Notes: generated from the letters alone by a model not told the origin. DNA of 64,000 bases from Eledone cirrhosa (GCA_964016885.1 OZ024753.1:43338001-43402000); one strand, 5' to 3'; numbered from the stretch's first letter, positions 41,098 through 54,972 are shown. Translations and numbers: made by a program.

Positions 41098-41499
41098 GGA
41101 ACAAGTAAGACCCCGACGGCTGAGCTCAAGCCGTTTCGACGGCTAATTCTGTACTGAATGAAAAATTAATTCTGGTATTTAAATAGCCGAACTTATTAAG
41201 GGGTAATTCCATATATGGTCAAAGAGATAATCACCAGGATTGGTCACATCACAAGTTAGTAGTAAATCTGTGATGGCAAGTTGGTGGGGGAAGGAGTAGC
41301 TAAACCTGCCAGTAGGAGAAAAGGGGAGAGGGGGTGGAGTAGACCCATTCATGCGTTGGTAGTGCCAGCTACAGCTGGGTGTGAGGTCAAAGAGGATACT
41401 GGGGGGGGGGGGAGGTCGAAACGGTAAGTAGAACAATGAAAGGTAAAACTGTAAAAGGTACTGAGAGGTCCACCTGGTTCCTTACCACATTTCCTTCGT
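41098..41499. mobile_element. TA-embedded element with a variant-core hammerhead fold at 41110-41204 (-)
   Basis: Left end shared with 33481 and 10556, right end shared with 33648-33680. Confidence 0.75.
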
Positions 41500-41611
41500 T
41501 ATATATATATATATATATATATATAATGTTTACACACACACACACATATATACACACACACACACACATATATACACACACACACACACATATATACACA
41601 CACACACGCAT

Positions 41612-41714
41612 TCCTATACGAGCGAGACACAGGCACCCGATCAATCTTGCCTCAAGTGGGACAATTCCCGTCTACCCCATGCTAGGGTGGAAGATAGACG
41701 TTAAACGATGATGA

Positions 41715-41718
<4 letters not shown>
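41612..41718 (+). mobile_element. RTE LINE extreme 3' end
   Basis: caatcttgcctcaagtgggacaattcccgtctaccccatgctagggtggaagatagacgttaaacgatgatgat; closely similar to 12697-12790 and 63874-64000 (inverted). Confidence 0.85.
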
Positions 41719-41750
<32 letters not shown>

Positions 41751-42057
41751 TTAAGGATACTATTTATGGTTATGCATATACAAAAACCTTTTGTAGTTAT
41801 ATATATTTTTACAAACCCTAAATAGTGATAGGCATTAATATAATTACTACCTTATTACCAGTAAGATAAATAGCTCAATGTAATAACATCAGTTGTTTTA
41901 CAGAGCAGTTATATATATATATATATATATATATATGCAGAGGTTATATTTAATTTGTTGGGATTCAACAAGTTTAAAAATTATACAGGAAGCTCCAACC
42001 GTTTGTTGTCTTTTTTCAGGGTATGTCAATAGTTATTTATAAAACGAATCTGTATTG

Positions 42058-42123
42058 TATTTTATCTGATGAAAGCACACCATAATTTGCCTTGGTGGCC
42101 CTTGAAATATGTATAATAAAATA
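42058..42123 (+). ncRNA. Type I hammerhead ribozyme in a TA-embedded insert (about 41937-42160)
   Basis: tattttat-CTGATGA-aagcacacca[10 nt]tggtggccctt-GAAA-tatgta-TA-ataaaata. Confidence 0.8.
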
Positions 42124-42157
42124 AATATGGTTTTATATATATAGTTTCCATTTATTA

Positions 42158-42189
<32 letters not shown>

Positions 42190-43814
42190 AATATAAATCC
42201 TCATCATTTAACGTCAATTTTATATTCACAATCATCATCATAACCACATTGTCATTATTGCGACTGAGTTCAAATCCCGCCGAGGTTAACTTTGCCTTCG
42301 ATCCTTACGGGGTCGATAAAATAAAGTACCAGTAATGTACTGGATAATTGCTGGCCTTGTGCCATAAGTAGAAACAATTATCATTGTTGCAACCACAGTC
42401 AAACATTCCTTACAAAGTTTCTCCCCAATTCACAATTTTCCATTACCCCTGGCAACTGTTCCCTACTGAGGTATCTATTGTCTGAGAGTTGATTGGTGAA
42501 GGTTCCAGCAGATCTGCCTCTACTGTGTCTCCCTTGAGCTGGTTCCCATGATACACAGACAGATCATCATCACTGTGACCAAAGTCAAACATTTCTAACC
42601 AAGTCTCTTGACAATTCCCAATATTCCATTACAACCTGGCAACCGTCCCCTAGTGAGATTTATATCATGTTTACAATAATTCGTGTGATTTGACGAGAAA
42701 GATACTTAACAAGAAATTTTCCAAGAATTCCTCCTTTTCTAGTTACAAGAGTTAATTTCACTCACTTCCTCTGACACAAAATATCCATTTCCTTTGTTTA
42801 TTTAATTTTTAATCGGGTTCTTTTCATCTCCAAATCTCTCGTTCTTCCTGCAATAAACAATCTCTTCTGTTCACTGTTTCTTGTGACCTCAGGTGAAATC
42901 TTTTGAGTGCTTGCTCAAGCAATCAAACTTAATATATTTCAAAGCAAGTGGCTGTAAAACAAAATAACAACACCACCAAAATACAAACAAAATAAAGACA
43001 AAAACACAACAAACAACAAAACATAAACGGAAAAAAACAACAATATACAAATCCTAGGTTGAGATGTTGTGGTAATTGCTTTCCTACTAATTTAAACCAA
43101 TGAAATAAGAGCTACAAATTGCAATTAACAAAGAATTATGTTTGTTTGTTTCTTTATTGGTTTTTATTTTATTGGTTTGTTTTATTTTATATTGTAATTT
43201 ATTGACTCTAGCATAATTGCTTAAGGGCTTTCAGCGGGCTAGTCTCTCGTTTGCACAACTTTTAATGGTAAGAGACAAAGGAGTGACTGTAACTCAATGC
43301 AGAGTTAACATGTCAAGGGACTTTGTTCATAAAGTAATGGGATTTTTATTTGTCTTGTATTTCTAGTTCAGGTTTTTTCTATTATTGTCTGCCAATGTAC
43401 ATTGACAAAAGTAAATACACTCATATTTGTATGTTGTGTATATCTCAAGTCTTAGAACAGGTGCACTGTGTCCCTTTCTGTTATTAGAGGCAACTAAAAG
43501 AGTTGAAGTCATGAAGGGCATTCAGCTGTAAAACATTGTCTCAAAGCATCCTATCCAACCCTTTCTGGCATGGAAAGTTGAATGCAAAAACGATGATGAT
43601 GATACACATATATAAACCCAATTTTATAAGCTACTTATAATAACTGACTGTATTTACAGTAAATTTTCTACACCTGAGGTTGCTATATTTTCGATTAACA
43701 TAATCTCTTAGCGTTTCATAATATAAACATTTGAGCTTTGCATACAATGTTTGTTTACATTTTCAAAAGCTATTTAATTCAGCTCCTTAATTTAAACAGT
43801 AAGATGTTGTCAGA

Positions 43815-43896
43815 GGTCCCTTAGCTCAATGGCTAGCTCACTCTATCTGAGAGAAATATGGTTTGATTCCTTGTAGTGGTCGCTGGTAACTTTTTT
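43815..43896 (+). other. tRNA-like Pol III unit (pseudo-tRNA or SINE head)
   Basis: TAGCTCAATGG A box, GGTTTGATTCC B box, T6 at 43891-43896; cloverleaf not intact. Confidence 0.4.
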
Positions 43897-44551
43897 CCTA
43901 TCAATAAGGGAATTTTATATGCCATTTATAACACCTGACTTTATTCACAGTAATTTTTCTTTATCTGAGTATATTGCATTTCCTATGAACATAAACTCTC
44001 AGTGCTTTGTAAGTTAAACATTTGAGCTTCAAATATTTATAGTATCTTTACTAGCGGACAGATCATTGTGAAAATTTACAATATTAAAAACATTAATTTT
44101 TAATGTGATGCAGTCACAGCACTCTTTTATTTATAATTTTCAAGAATGTCTTGCTAATGTGGTTTCAAGTGGTACAGGATGTTCAGAGTTAAACTTACAT
44201 CAGCATTTCATTGTTGTCAGCTGGAAAGTAGGCTTAGATCAGCTCGGCAAAAAGATTTCATAATTATCTAATCAAAGATTAGACACATCAAAACAACACA
44301 AGTATTTGCCATCAAATTTCTCTCTTCTTTTGTCATGGAGCCAAGTATTTACTCCGACATTAGATCTACGCTATTTGTGTATGTAGAACATTTATATCAC
44401 TTTCTTAAAGTTTCACTTCAATCTACATGATGTATTTATCCATTTAATTCTAATGACTTAACTGGTTAAATAAATAGACAAACTTTCGAAAGGTTTGCCA
44501 GATAAAACAAGTAATACAAGGGACCACATAATAATGTTTTCTACACATTGG

Positions 44552-45725
44552 TTTAGTGAAGGGGCTTGGTGTTGTGGTTAGAGTTTTGGTCTGTTGATCT
44601 TAGGGGTATGTTGTGATTTAGTCAAGGTTCCTGGTGTAGTGGTTAGGTTTTGGTCTGTTGATCTTAGGGGGTATGTTGTGATTTAGTCAAGGTTCCTGGT
44701 GTAGTGGTTAGGTTTTGGTCTGTTGATCTTAGGGGGTATGTTGTGATTTAGTCAAGGTTCCTGGTGTAGTGGTTAGGTTTTGGTCTGTTGATCTTAGGGG
44801 TATGTTGTGATTTAGTCAAGGTTCCTGGTGTAGTGGTTAGGTTTTGGTCTGTTGATCTTAGGGGGTATGTTGTGATTTAGTGAAGGTCCCTGGTGTAGTG
44901 GTTAGGTTTTGGTCTGTTGATCTTAGGGGGTATGTTGTGATTTAGTGAAGGTCCTTGGTGTAGTGGTTAGGTTTTGGTCTGTTGATCTTAGGGGGTATGT
45001 TGTGATTTAGTGAAGGTTCCTGGTGTAGTGGTTAGGTTTTGGTCTGTTGATCTTAGGGGGTATGTTGTGATTTAGTGAAGGTCCCTGGTGTAGTGGTTAG
45101 GTTTTGGTCTGTTGATCTTAGGGGGTATGTTGTGATTTAGTGAAGGTCCTTGGTGTAGTGGTTAGGTTTTGGTCTGTTGATCTTAGGGGGTATGTTGTGA
45201 TTTAGTGAAGGTCCCTGGTGTAGTGGTTAGGTTTTGGTCTGTTGATCTTAGGAGGTATGTTGTGATTTAGTGAAGGTCCCTGGTGTTGTGGTTAGAGTTT
45301 TGGTCTGTTGATCTTAGGTGTATGTTGTGATTTAGTGAAGGTCCCTGGTGTAGTGGTTAGGTTTTGGTCTGTTGATCTTAGGGGGTATGTTGTGATTTAG
45401 TGAAGGTTCCTGGTGTAGTGGTTAGAGTTTGGGTCTGATTAAAGGTGGTATGTTGTGATATAGGGAAATATGGTGTAGTAGTAAGGTTTTGATCTCCTGA
45501 TTAAAAGTGATACGTCGTGATTTGGTGAAGTTGTATAGTGTTGTGGTTAAATGTTTTGTCTCCTCATCATAGGTGGTATGTTGTGATTTAGTTAAGATGA
45601 AGGGTTTAAGGGTTATGGTTTTGGTCCGTTGATCATAGGAGGTATGTTATGATTTACTGAAGTCGTATGGTGTTGTGGGTAGGGGTTTGATCTCCTCATC
45701 ATAGGGTCTACATTGTGAATTAGTT
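44552..45725 (+). repeat. 65-bp minisatellite derived from a tRNA-SINE 5' half (about 13 conserved plus about 4 degenerate copies)
   Basis: gtgaaggtccctggtgtagtggttaggttttggtctgttgatcttagggggtatgttgtgattta. Confidence 0.9.
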
Positions 45726-46024
45726 ATGGTGATCAGTCACTATATCACTATATTACTATTCAAATTCTAGATAATTTAAAAAAATGATTTGAAAATTATA
45801 GGTAGTGTTTAGCATGATTTTCACCAGGGTAATATATTGGCAGAGAACATCTCATATCTTTCAAAGCAGAATAAAAACATAGATATATAGACCCCATAAA
45901 ACACTACAATACGCACCCATATATATATATACATACCAACACTCACACTTACATACTGACACTCACATATATAAACACTCCCATACATATGAATACTGCC
46001 GCACATACTCAAATATAGATGCAC

Positions 46025-46071
<47 letters not shown>

Positions 46072-46217
46072 AGTATGCTCAAGGGATGGATTGGGTTGAG
46101 GAAAACACTATTAATATCTAAAGTGATGTTTAATATTGCAGAAGTTCTGATATCTACTGTGATGGCTTCTAAAATATCTGGGAAATCAAAAAATAACCCT
46201 GATGCACTCTCTGGAAG

Positions 46218-46732
46218 ATCACCATCATCATCACCATCACCATCACCACCACCATCATTGCCATCACCATCACCATCATTGCCATCACCATCACCACCAC
46301 CATCATTGCCATCACCATCATCACCATCATCACCGCCATCATCACTGCCATCACCACCACCACCACCACCACCATCATCACCATTGCCACCATCACCATC
46401 ATCACCATTGCCACCATCATCACCATCATCACCATTGCCACCATCATCACCATCATCATCATCACCATCATCACCATCACCATCATCACCATCATCATTA
46501 TCATCATCATCACCATCATCACCATCATCACCATTGCCACCATCATCATCATCATCACTGCCATCACCATCGTCTGCATCACCATCACCATCGTCTGCAT
46601 CATCACCACCATCACCACCACCATCACCATCATCACCATCGTCTGCACCATCACCACCGTCTGCACCATCACCACCATCACCGCCATGATCACCGCCATG
46701 ATGATCATCATCATCACCGCCACCATCATCAT
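46218..46732. repeat. (CAT/CAC)n microsatellite
   Basis: Direct inspection. Confidence 0.95.
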
Positions 46733-46898
46733 ATGTCTGCTTTCCATGCTGAAGGAACTTCCATGGTTTGAGACGAGGTGTCAGCCCTATTCTGGTCATG
46801 TTCCCTATGTAGCAGGGCTTCTATGGTTCAATGGCCTTCTCTCATACCAACCAGCTTACAGAGTGTACTGGGTGTCTTTTCCATCATGGTACATATCA

Positions 46899-48140
46899 CT
46901 TTACAGAGTGTACTAGGTGTTTTCATCATAACACATCCACTATCACTTTACAGAGTGTACTAGGTGTTTTCATCATAGCACATCCACTACCACTTTACAG
47001 AGTGTACTAGGTGTTTTCATCATAGCACATCCACTACCACTTTACAGAGTGTACTAGGTGTTTTCATCATAACACATCCACTACCACTTTACAGAGTGTA
47101 CTAGGTGTTTTCATCATAACACATCCACTACCACTTTACAGAGTGTACTAGGTGTTTTCATCATAGCACATCCACTACCACTTTACAGAGTGTACTAGGT
47201 GTTTTCATCATAGCACATCCACTACCACTTTACAGAGTGTACTAGGTGTTTTCATCATAGCACATCCACTACCACTTTACAGAGTGTACTAGGTGTTTTC
47301 ATCATAGCACATCCACTATCACTTTACAGAGTGTACTAGGTGTTTTCATCATAGCACATCCACTACCACTTTACAGAGTGTACTAGGTGTTTTCATCATA
47401 GCACATCCACTACCACTTTACAGAGTGTACTAGGTGTTTTCATCATAGCACATCCACTACCACTTTACAGAGTGTACTAGGTGTTTTCATCATAACACAT
47501 CCACTACCACTTTACAGAGTGTACTAGGTGTTTTCATCATAGCACATCCACTACCACTTTACAGAGTGTACTAGGTGTTTTCATCATAGCACATCCACTA
47601 CCACTTTACAGAGTGTACTAGGTGTTTTCATCATAACACATCCACTACCACTTTACAGAGTGTACTAGGTGTTTTCATCATAACACATCCACTATCACTT
47701 TACAGAGTGTACTAGGTGTTTTCATCATAGCACATCCACTACCACTTTACAGAGTGTACTAGGTGTTTTCATCATAGCACATCCACTACCACTTTACAGA
47801 GTGTACTAGGTGTTTTCATCATAACACATCCACTACCACTTTACAGAGTGTACTAGGTGTTTTCATCATAACACATCCACTACCACTTTACAGAGTGTAC
47901 TAGGTGTTTTCATCATAACACATCCACTATCACTTTACAGAGTGTACTAGGTGTTTTCATCATAGCACATCCACTACCACTTTACAGAGTGTACTAGGTG
48001 TTTTCATCATAGCACATCCACTACCACTTTACAGAGTGTACTAGGTGTTTTCATCATAGCACATCCACTACCACTTTACAGAGTGTACTAGGTGTTTTCA
48101 TCATAGCACATCCACTACCACTTTACAGAGTGTACTGGGT
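46899..48140 (-). repeat. 47-bp minisatellite, about 26 copies (SINE-tail monomer)
   Basis: ctttacagagtgtactaggtgttttcatcatagcacatccactacca. Confidence 0.95.
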
Positions 48141-48169
48141 GCACCAACATTAACACTTTACAGAGTGTA

Positions 48170-48255
48170 CGAGGGTCGACTGAAAAGTTCATAAGCTGAC
48201 CAAGATACTCTCATGGAATGATCAAATGAGATTTATTTTTCACTATAACCCCTGA
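48170..48255. mobile_element. Single mariner-like terminal fragment
   Basis: TA-cgagggtcgactgaaaagttcataagctgaccaag, a typical mariner TIR start; no partner end found. Confidence 0.55.
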
Positions 48256-49754
48256 AAAGGAACAATGTAGTTATTAATAAGAAGAGTTGGAATTAATGCA
48301 TGCAAGATTTCACAGCTCTAACATCACTCATTCATAGTTAGGTGAGCATGTTTTTTGTAAAGCAACGAAACAAAAGCAATGATGTGTGTTCAGTTCTGAA
48401 ATGTCCACTGCATAAATAAAATACACAGAACTAAAGAGTTTGTCCCATGCTGGTCCAACTTGAAGGGTCCTCCTTTCAAACTCTATCTCGTCTCCATTCT
48501 TTTACCTCTGGTCTCACTAGATTTACTATTAGTGTGATAGAGTTTGTACAGGTGGGAGGTGGGTGTGTCGTTTGTAAAATATCAATAAATATCAATAAAA
48601 AACAACAAATCAACAAAATAACAAATCAACAAAACAGCAGCAACAACAAAACAAAAGCAATGATACGTGTTCAGTTTTGAAATGTTCACTGCATAAATAA
48701 AAATATCAGTTTGAGACAACAAACCATAATCATAATTTATTTGATATTTGCTCTTCAACATATGCAGTTTGTTAGGAAAGGTTAACTGTAGTAGATAGTA
48801 GGATGTCTAGAAAAATTGAAGTCTTTATACATAATTAATGTAATGAATAAGACACACAGTGGTTGAGTTATAAGTCTGTAGGACCCCTGGCTTCAGCATT
48901 CAGACGTTAGATATTTAAACAATGTTAGTTTTAAAGATGATTTATCGGAAATGATAATTTTCATAAATTTCTATATTTTCTTTTTTGATATATATTTTTA
49001 TTTTTTACCTTTACATTTTTTTCTTTACTTTTACATTTTTTTTTTCGTTTTTTTTTCGTTTTTTTTTTCTATTATATAGAATTGAATGTTTAGTGTAACT
49101 GTCACGTTATCAAACTGCCCGAAACTGTCTCTCATTCTATGAAACAAAACTGATTATTTTAAAGCGTCTGTCAACATAATCATCATCATCATCACTGTTA
49201 TTGCGTATGTTATCCACACTGGTGTAGATAGATTGAACAAGATTATGTTTATCTAAAAACTGTCCCTCAAAATTCTATGTAAGAACCTTTAAGTTATATT
49301 ACTTTCTTGTTACTTGTCTTATGTTTGGAATATTACTAAAGGATGAAAGACAAAGATAACCTCGGCAGGATTTGAACTCAGAACGTAAAGTGCCATAACT
49401 CTATGCTGCAAAGCATGGTGTCTGTTGCTCTACCGATTCTGCCAATCCCTGTAATAATGATTTCTAGTATAGGCACAAGGCCAGTAATTTGGGGGCCGGG
49501 GAAAGTCGATTAAATCGACCCCAGTATGTTACTGGTACTTTATTTTTATCAACCCTGTAAGGATGAAAGTCAAAGTTAACCTCTGCGAGATTGGAACTCG
49601 AACTGTAAGGGGCCGTAACTCTATGCTCCAAAGCCTGGCGTCCGACCCTCTGCCAATCCAGCCCCCTTCTCTTAAATATAACAAAACACTGTAAAGCCAG
49701 TTTAAGACAGAAGCTTTACAATCACTAAACACTATTATCATTGTAAACACTGTC

Positions 49755-50705
49755 ACCACCACCAGCACTAATAGCATTGCCACCACCACCACCACCATCA
49801 CCTCCACCACCACCACCACCACTACCACCACCACCACCACCACCACCTCCACCACTACCACCACCACCACCACCACTACCACCACCACCACCACCGCCAC
49901 TACCATCACCACCACTACCATCACCACCACCAGCACTAATAGCATTGTCACCACCACCACCTACACAACTACCACTACCATCACCACCACCTACACAACT
50001 AACACTACCATCACCACCACCACTACCACCACCACCACCACTACCATCACCACCACTACCATCACCACCACCAGCACTAATAGCATGGTCACCACCACCA
50101 CCTACACAACTACCACTACCACCACCACCACCACTACCACCACCACAACTACCACTACCACCACCATCACCATCACCACCACCATCACCACCACCACCAC
50201 TACCACCATCACCACCACCACCACTACCACCATCACCACCACCACCACTACCACCATCACCACCACCACCACTACCACCATCACCACCACCACCACTACC
50301 ACCATCACCACCACCATCACCACCACCATCACCACCACCACTACCACCACCACTACCACCACCACTACCACCATCACCACCACCACCACTACCACCATCA
50401 CCACCACCACCACTACCACCATCACCACCACCATCACCACTACCACCATCACCACCACCACCACTACCACCATCACCACCACCACCACTACCACCATCAC
50501 CACCACCATCACCACCACCATCACCACCAGCAGCACCAGCACCACTACCGCCATCACCACTACCATCACCATCACCATCCCCACCACCATCACCATCCCC
50601 ACCACCACCAACTTCATCACCACCACCAACTTCATCATCATCCTCATAGTAGTCATTATTTCTGTCATCATTACCATCCCACCCCCACCCCACCCCCACC
50701 ATCAA
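49755..50705. repeat. (ACC)n microsatellite
   Basis: Direct inspection. Confidence 0.95.
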
Positions 50706-50884
50706 CATTATTATTATTATTATTATTATTTTACATTTCAATGTTAATTATTTCTGGGAACATCAACCACATTCAGAGATGATAAAGTTTTATGGAACCA
50801 AAATGTAAATGTAAAACTAATAAGTTTTATGGATAAAATGGCTTTCTGTGTAAAATTATTTATATATATAAATAAATAAATAAA

Positions 50885-50915
<31 letters not shown>

Positions 50916-51088
50916 GTATATAGGTGTATATATACGTGTGTTTAAAATTATTTATATATATTGATAAATAAATATCTATCTATATATATATACACCCACA
51001 TACATACTTTTGTGTGTACAATTGTTTATATAAATAAATGTGTGTGTGTATTTATATATGTATATACATAATTGTGTGTGTGTGTGTA

Positions 51089-51132
<44 letters not shown>

Positions 51133-51200
51133 ATCATGTGTGCGTACATATATGTATATATATATATACACACATAATCATGTGTGTGTATATATATATG

Positions 51201-51323
<123 letters not shown>

Positions 51324-51654
51324 GTAAGTGTACAATAAGAGTGTATAAATTCCTCAACATAGATTGATGCTGTCATGAATATTCAAATGCAATAAATTAA
51401 TTATATTTCTTCCATTAAAAATTAATGAAACATATACATCTAAACTGAATTTTATCTATAATTAATTCATATCTGTAGAATATACTACAACAACTCTGCA
51501 CATATAGAAATATCACATATAGAAATATCACATATAGAAATATCACATATAGAAATATCATATAGAAATATCACTGGGTTTTTTCACCATTTTTCTTACT
51601 ATTTTTACCATATGAGAAACAGTATCTGTAAAAGCAACATTATCCACTGCCATC

Positions 51655-51995
51655 CATACACATACATGATATCCATACACACACGATATCCATACATACA
51701 CGATATCCATACACATACACGATATCCATACACATACATGATATCCATACACATACATGTTATCCATACACACGCAATATCCATACACATACATGATATC
51801 CATACACATACATGATATCCATACACATACATGATATCCATACACATGCGATATCCATACACATACACATGTCTATACACACGCGATATCCATACACATA
51901 CACGATATCCATACACATACACGCGATATCCATACACATACATGATATCCATACAAACACGCGATATCCATACACATACATGATATCCATACACA
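51655..51995. repeat. About 19-bp minisatellite
   Basis: gatatccatacacatacat repeated. Confidence 0.9.
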
Positions 51996-52214
51996 ATTCA
52001 CATACACACGTCAGCCACACAGACACATGTTGCACATATATACACAAATACTCATGTCACACATACACACAGACATGTCACCTATACAAACACATGGTGC
52101 ACATACACACATAGACATGTCAGACTTATTGGCACTCTCATGTCCCAAACACACAGACACATACGTCACCCATAGAGCCACATGTCACACACACATAGTG
52201 TGAAGTGGTTGTGT

Positions 52215-52405
52215 AGGTGTCATGACAAAATGCACCTAGCACACACTGTAAAGTGGTTGGTGTTAGGAAGGGCATCCAGCCATTGAAACCAAGCCCAAAC
52301 CAGTCCTGTATGAGCAAGACATGGTCAGCTGACATGGCTTGTGACAATGGGGCAACTGGTCTAACCCATGCTAGTGTGAAAAATGGGCATTAAATGATGG
52401 TGATG
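52215..52405 (+). mobile_element. SINE/RTE-type 3' tail with one copy of the minisatellite monomer
   Basis: tgtcatgacaaaatgcacctagcacacactgtaaagtggttggtgttaggaagggcatccagc...ctaacccatgctagtgtgaaaaatgggcattaaatgatggtgat. Confidence 0.75.
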
Positions 52406-52889
52406 GTATATATGTGTAGTAGTAGTATTAGATAAAGGTAAGGACTTACAGGGTTTAGTCAGATTGTTATGTAGTTGAGGATCAAGTACAGTTTTATAGA
52501 TTCTATATTCCAAATTCTGTTGACAATACATTGTCAACCGAAGGCTACAGTAATAAGATACACTTAAGCAAGCTGTCACTGCACAGTGGGACTGAACCCA
52601 GAGCCAAGTGTTTGCACAGTAAACTCCTTCATCCCACAATCATATCTACCCCTATTATTAACATTATATCATGTTTGTACTATCACAAATATATTGTCTC
52701 TTCCCATCAAATCAAAAGATATCAGACAGAAAAACACTTTCTTCAAATTATTCCTAAACTCAAGCAATGCAGCTTTTCTTTTTATGGAGTTATTGGTTTT
52801 AGAGTTTCTTTTTCTTATTTCTTTTTCTTATTTTTTGGTGCCGTTCGATGGAAGATTTTCGGAAATGAACGTAGCACAGTATTGATATG

Positions 52890-53290
52890 AAAGTTGACCT
52901 TCATCTCGAAATTCTTGAGAGCTCCAATTTTAGCTCCACATACTTATCAATTTTCTCAAATTCAATTTTGGCAATCTGTTTTCCTTATATAGCAAGGCTG
53001 ATCATAGAACACATGTCTGCTGCTTCTTCATTGACAACAACAATCAATAACAGATGTCTTCTCTAGTCTCTCAACGCTCTTTCACTCCGACAGTCTAGTT
53101 TAATTTTTATTTCTCTTTCAAGGCATTTGGCCAGATAGTAAAGTTGTTGGACTTATAACTATAAAGTTGTGTGTTTGATTTCTGAGCTGGTTGTTGTTTA
53201 TGATCTGGAGTAAAATAATCGTATCAACCTTGCTACCAATTTTATCAAATCTGGTCCTTGTTTTGTTGGTCACCTTTTGTTGAACCATCA
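52890..53290 (-). pseudogene. Decayed restriction-like endonuclease region of an R4/Dong-type non-LTR element
   Basis: IVVVNEEAADMCSMISLAI*GKQIAKIEFEKIDKYVELKLELSRI resembles RPDIVVV..C.IID.AIP.D..I..KE.EKI.KY..L..E..R; upstream RFDKIG resembles RHD. Confidence 0.55.
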
Positions 53291-53292
53291 CA

Positions 53293-53337
<45 letters not shown>

Positions 53338-53601
53338 AGACACAGACACACACACAGACACAGACACAGACACACTCACACACACACACGACAGACTTCT
53401 ATACAGTTCTCATCTATCAAACTTTACTTTCAAGGTATTGGACAACCTGGGTCTCTCTCTCTCTCCCCCTCTCACCTCTTTCTCTCTATCCCCCCTCTCC
53501 TCCTTTCTCTCTACCCCCCTCTCCTCCTTTCTCTCTACCCACCTCTCCCCCTTTCTCTCTATCCACCCTCTCCCCCTTTCTCTCTATCATCAACATCGTT
53601 T

Positions 53602-53635
<34 letters not shown>

Positions 53636-54439
53636 GTGAAGGCATGTGGCTGAGTGTTTAGAGAACTGGATTCACAGTCTTGAGGTTGTGAGTTCGCTAC
53701 CCAGACCAGGCGATGCATTATGTCCTTGAGCAAGACACTCTGTCACGTTGGTCCTTCTACCTGGAGTTGCGACCGATAGATAGTACTAACAACTGGAAAG
53801 ACCAACGAAAACATTTCCTCGGTCTGATTTGACGAAAGTCGATCGATCCTTTCCCTATATATATATCTTAAGAAGTGCCCTAGCAGCCGAAGTGTATGAT
53901 AGTTATATCTGTAGATAAAGTTATATATTTGACTATATTTCTATATAGAGATGTGAAATGAGCCTGTCTCAGTCTGAACTAATAAGGAAAACTCTAGTCA
54001 TACTAGACATTTGTTTTTCAAAATAATCTTTTAAACAAACAGCTCTGCACTTGTTATAATATTTATTCACCAAGCTTCTTCCCTGTCACTCAAATTATTT
54101 ACTTGATCTCTGTGGCCTCAGCATTAATAGCAGCAGCAGCAGCAGCAGCGGTAACAGCAGCAATCACAACCACGGCAACAGTAGCAGCATGAGCTGCTGC
54201 CAAAATAAACACTTTGTCTTGTTTAAACTGATATGTTTCTTGGTATTTCATTACATACAAAGAACCATCCAAATCATTTATGAAAGAGGGATTATGAACC
54301 AAACCTTGTAATAGGCTGCCTTCTTAATGTTGTATTCACCACACACTATGTTTTGTAGTAGCTGGAGTATTATCATGGATAAAGCCAGTACTTGGCTATT
54401 TAGCATTCTTATGTAGTTCTATAGTGGGAGGTAAGCTAG

Positions 54440-54660
54440 TTAACCCTTTAGCATTTATATTAATCTATATTAATTTTCACAGTAAAGGCTTTACATCACA
54501 TAATTACCTCACATAATATCGAATCTATGAGATGTTAATGTTATTTATTTTGAGAACAATGCCTTAACATAAGTATGAGTGGCCGGTTACAGCCAGTTTG
54601 AATAGAAAGAGGTGAGAGAATTCTGGCCTGATATGGCCGGTTTAAATGCTAAAGGGTTAA
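54440..54660 (-). mobile_element. piggyBac-like MITE
   Basis: TTAACCCTTTAGCATTTA ... TAAATGCTAAAGGGTTAA perfect TIR plus TTAA. Confidence 0.9.
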
Positions 54661-54820
54661 CATACTAAGCTAGCTCTACAATGTGTTCCTGGGTATTTAG
54701 AACCCTAAGCTAGACCTACAATGTGTCCTGGGTATTTAACGTTATTTAACCCTTAAAAAGAAGACTTTGTTTCGCTCCTTAGACCCACATATATAAATAT
54801 ATCAATAAAAACAATACAGA

Positions 54821-54972
54821 TGGGGCCATATTTAGACCTTGAGCATCCCAACCTCCGCGAAGTTTAGGTTTGGGGGCACCAGGGTTGTTCCTAGAGGGGG
54901 CCCTCTTTGACAAAGCGAGTCCAGGGCATTCACCATCTTGACTCTCTTTCCTCTGCAATAAATCTGGCTCTA
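54821..54972. mobile_element. Degenerate hAT-like MITE
   Basis: tggggccatattta ... taaatctggctcta imperfect TIRs; internal gggggccc. Confidence 0.5.

Noticed and set aside
46899-48140. CRISPR-like regular repeats
   Set aside because: No unique spacers, no cas genes, eukaryotic context; these are plain tandem repeats.
53746-53853. Hairpin with GAAA and TTGACGA, related to about 60640-60725 (-)
   Set aside because: Could not be folded into a consistent hammerhead; treated as an unclassified repeat fragment.
54815-54970. Apparent minus-strand exon after a strong acceptor
   Set aside because: It coincides with a degenerate hAT-like MITE bounded by TIRs.
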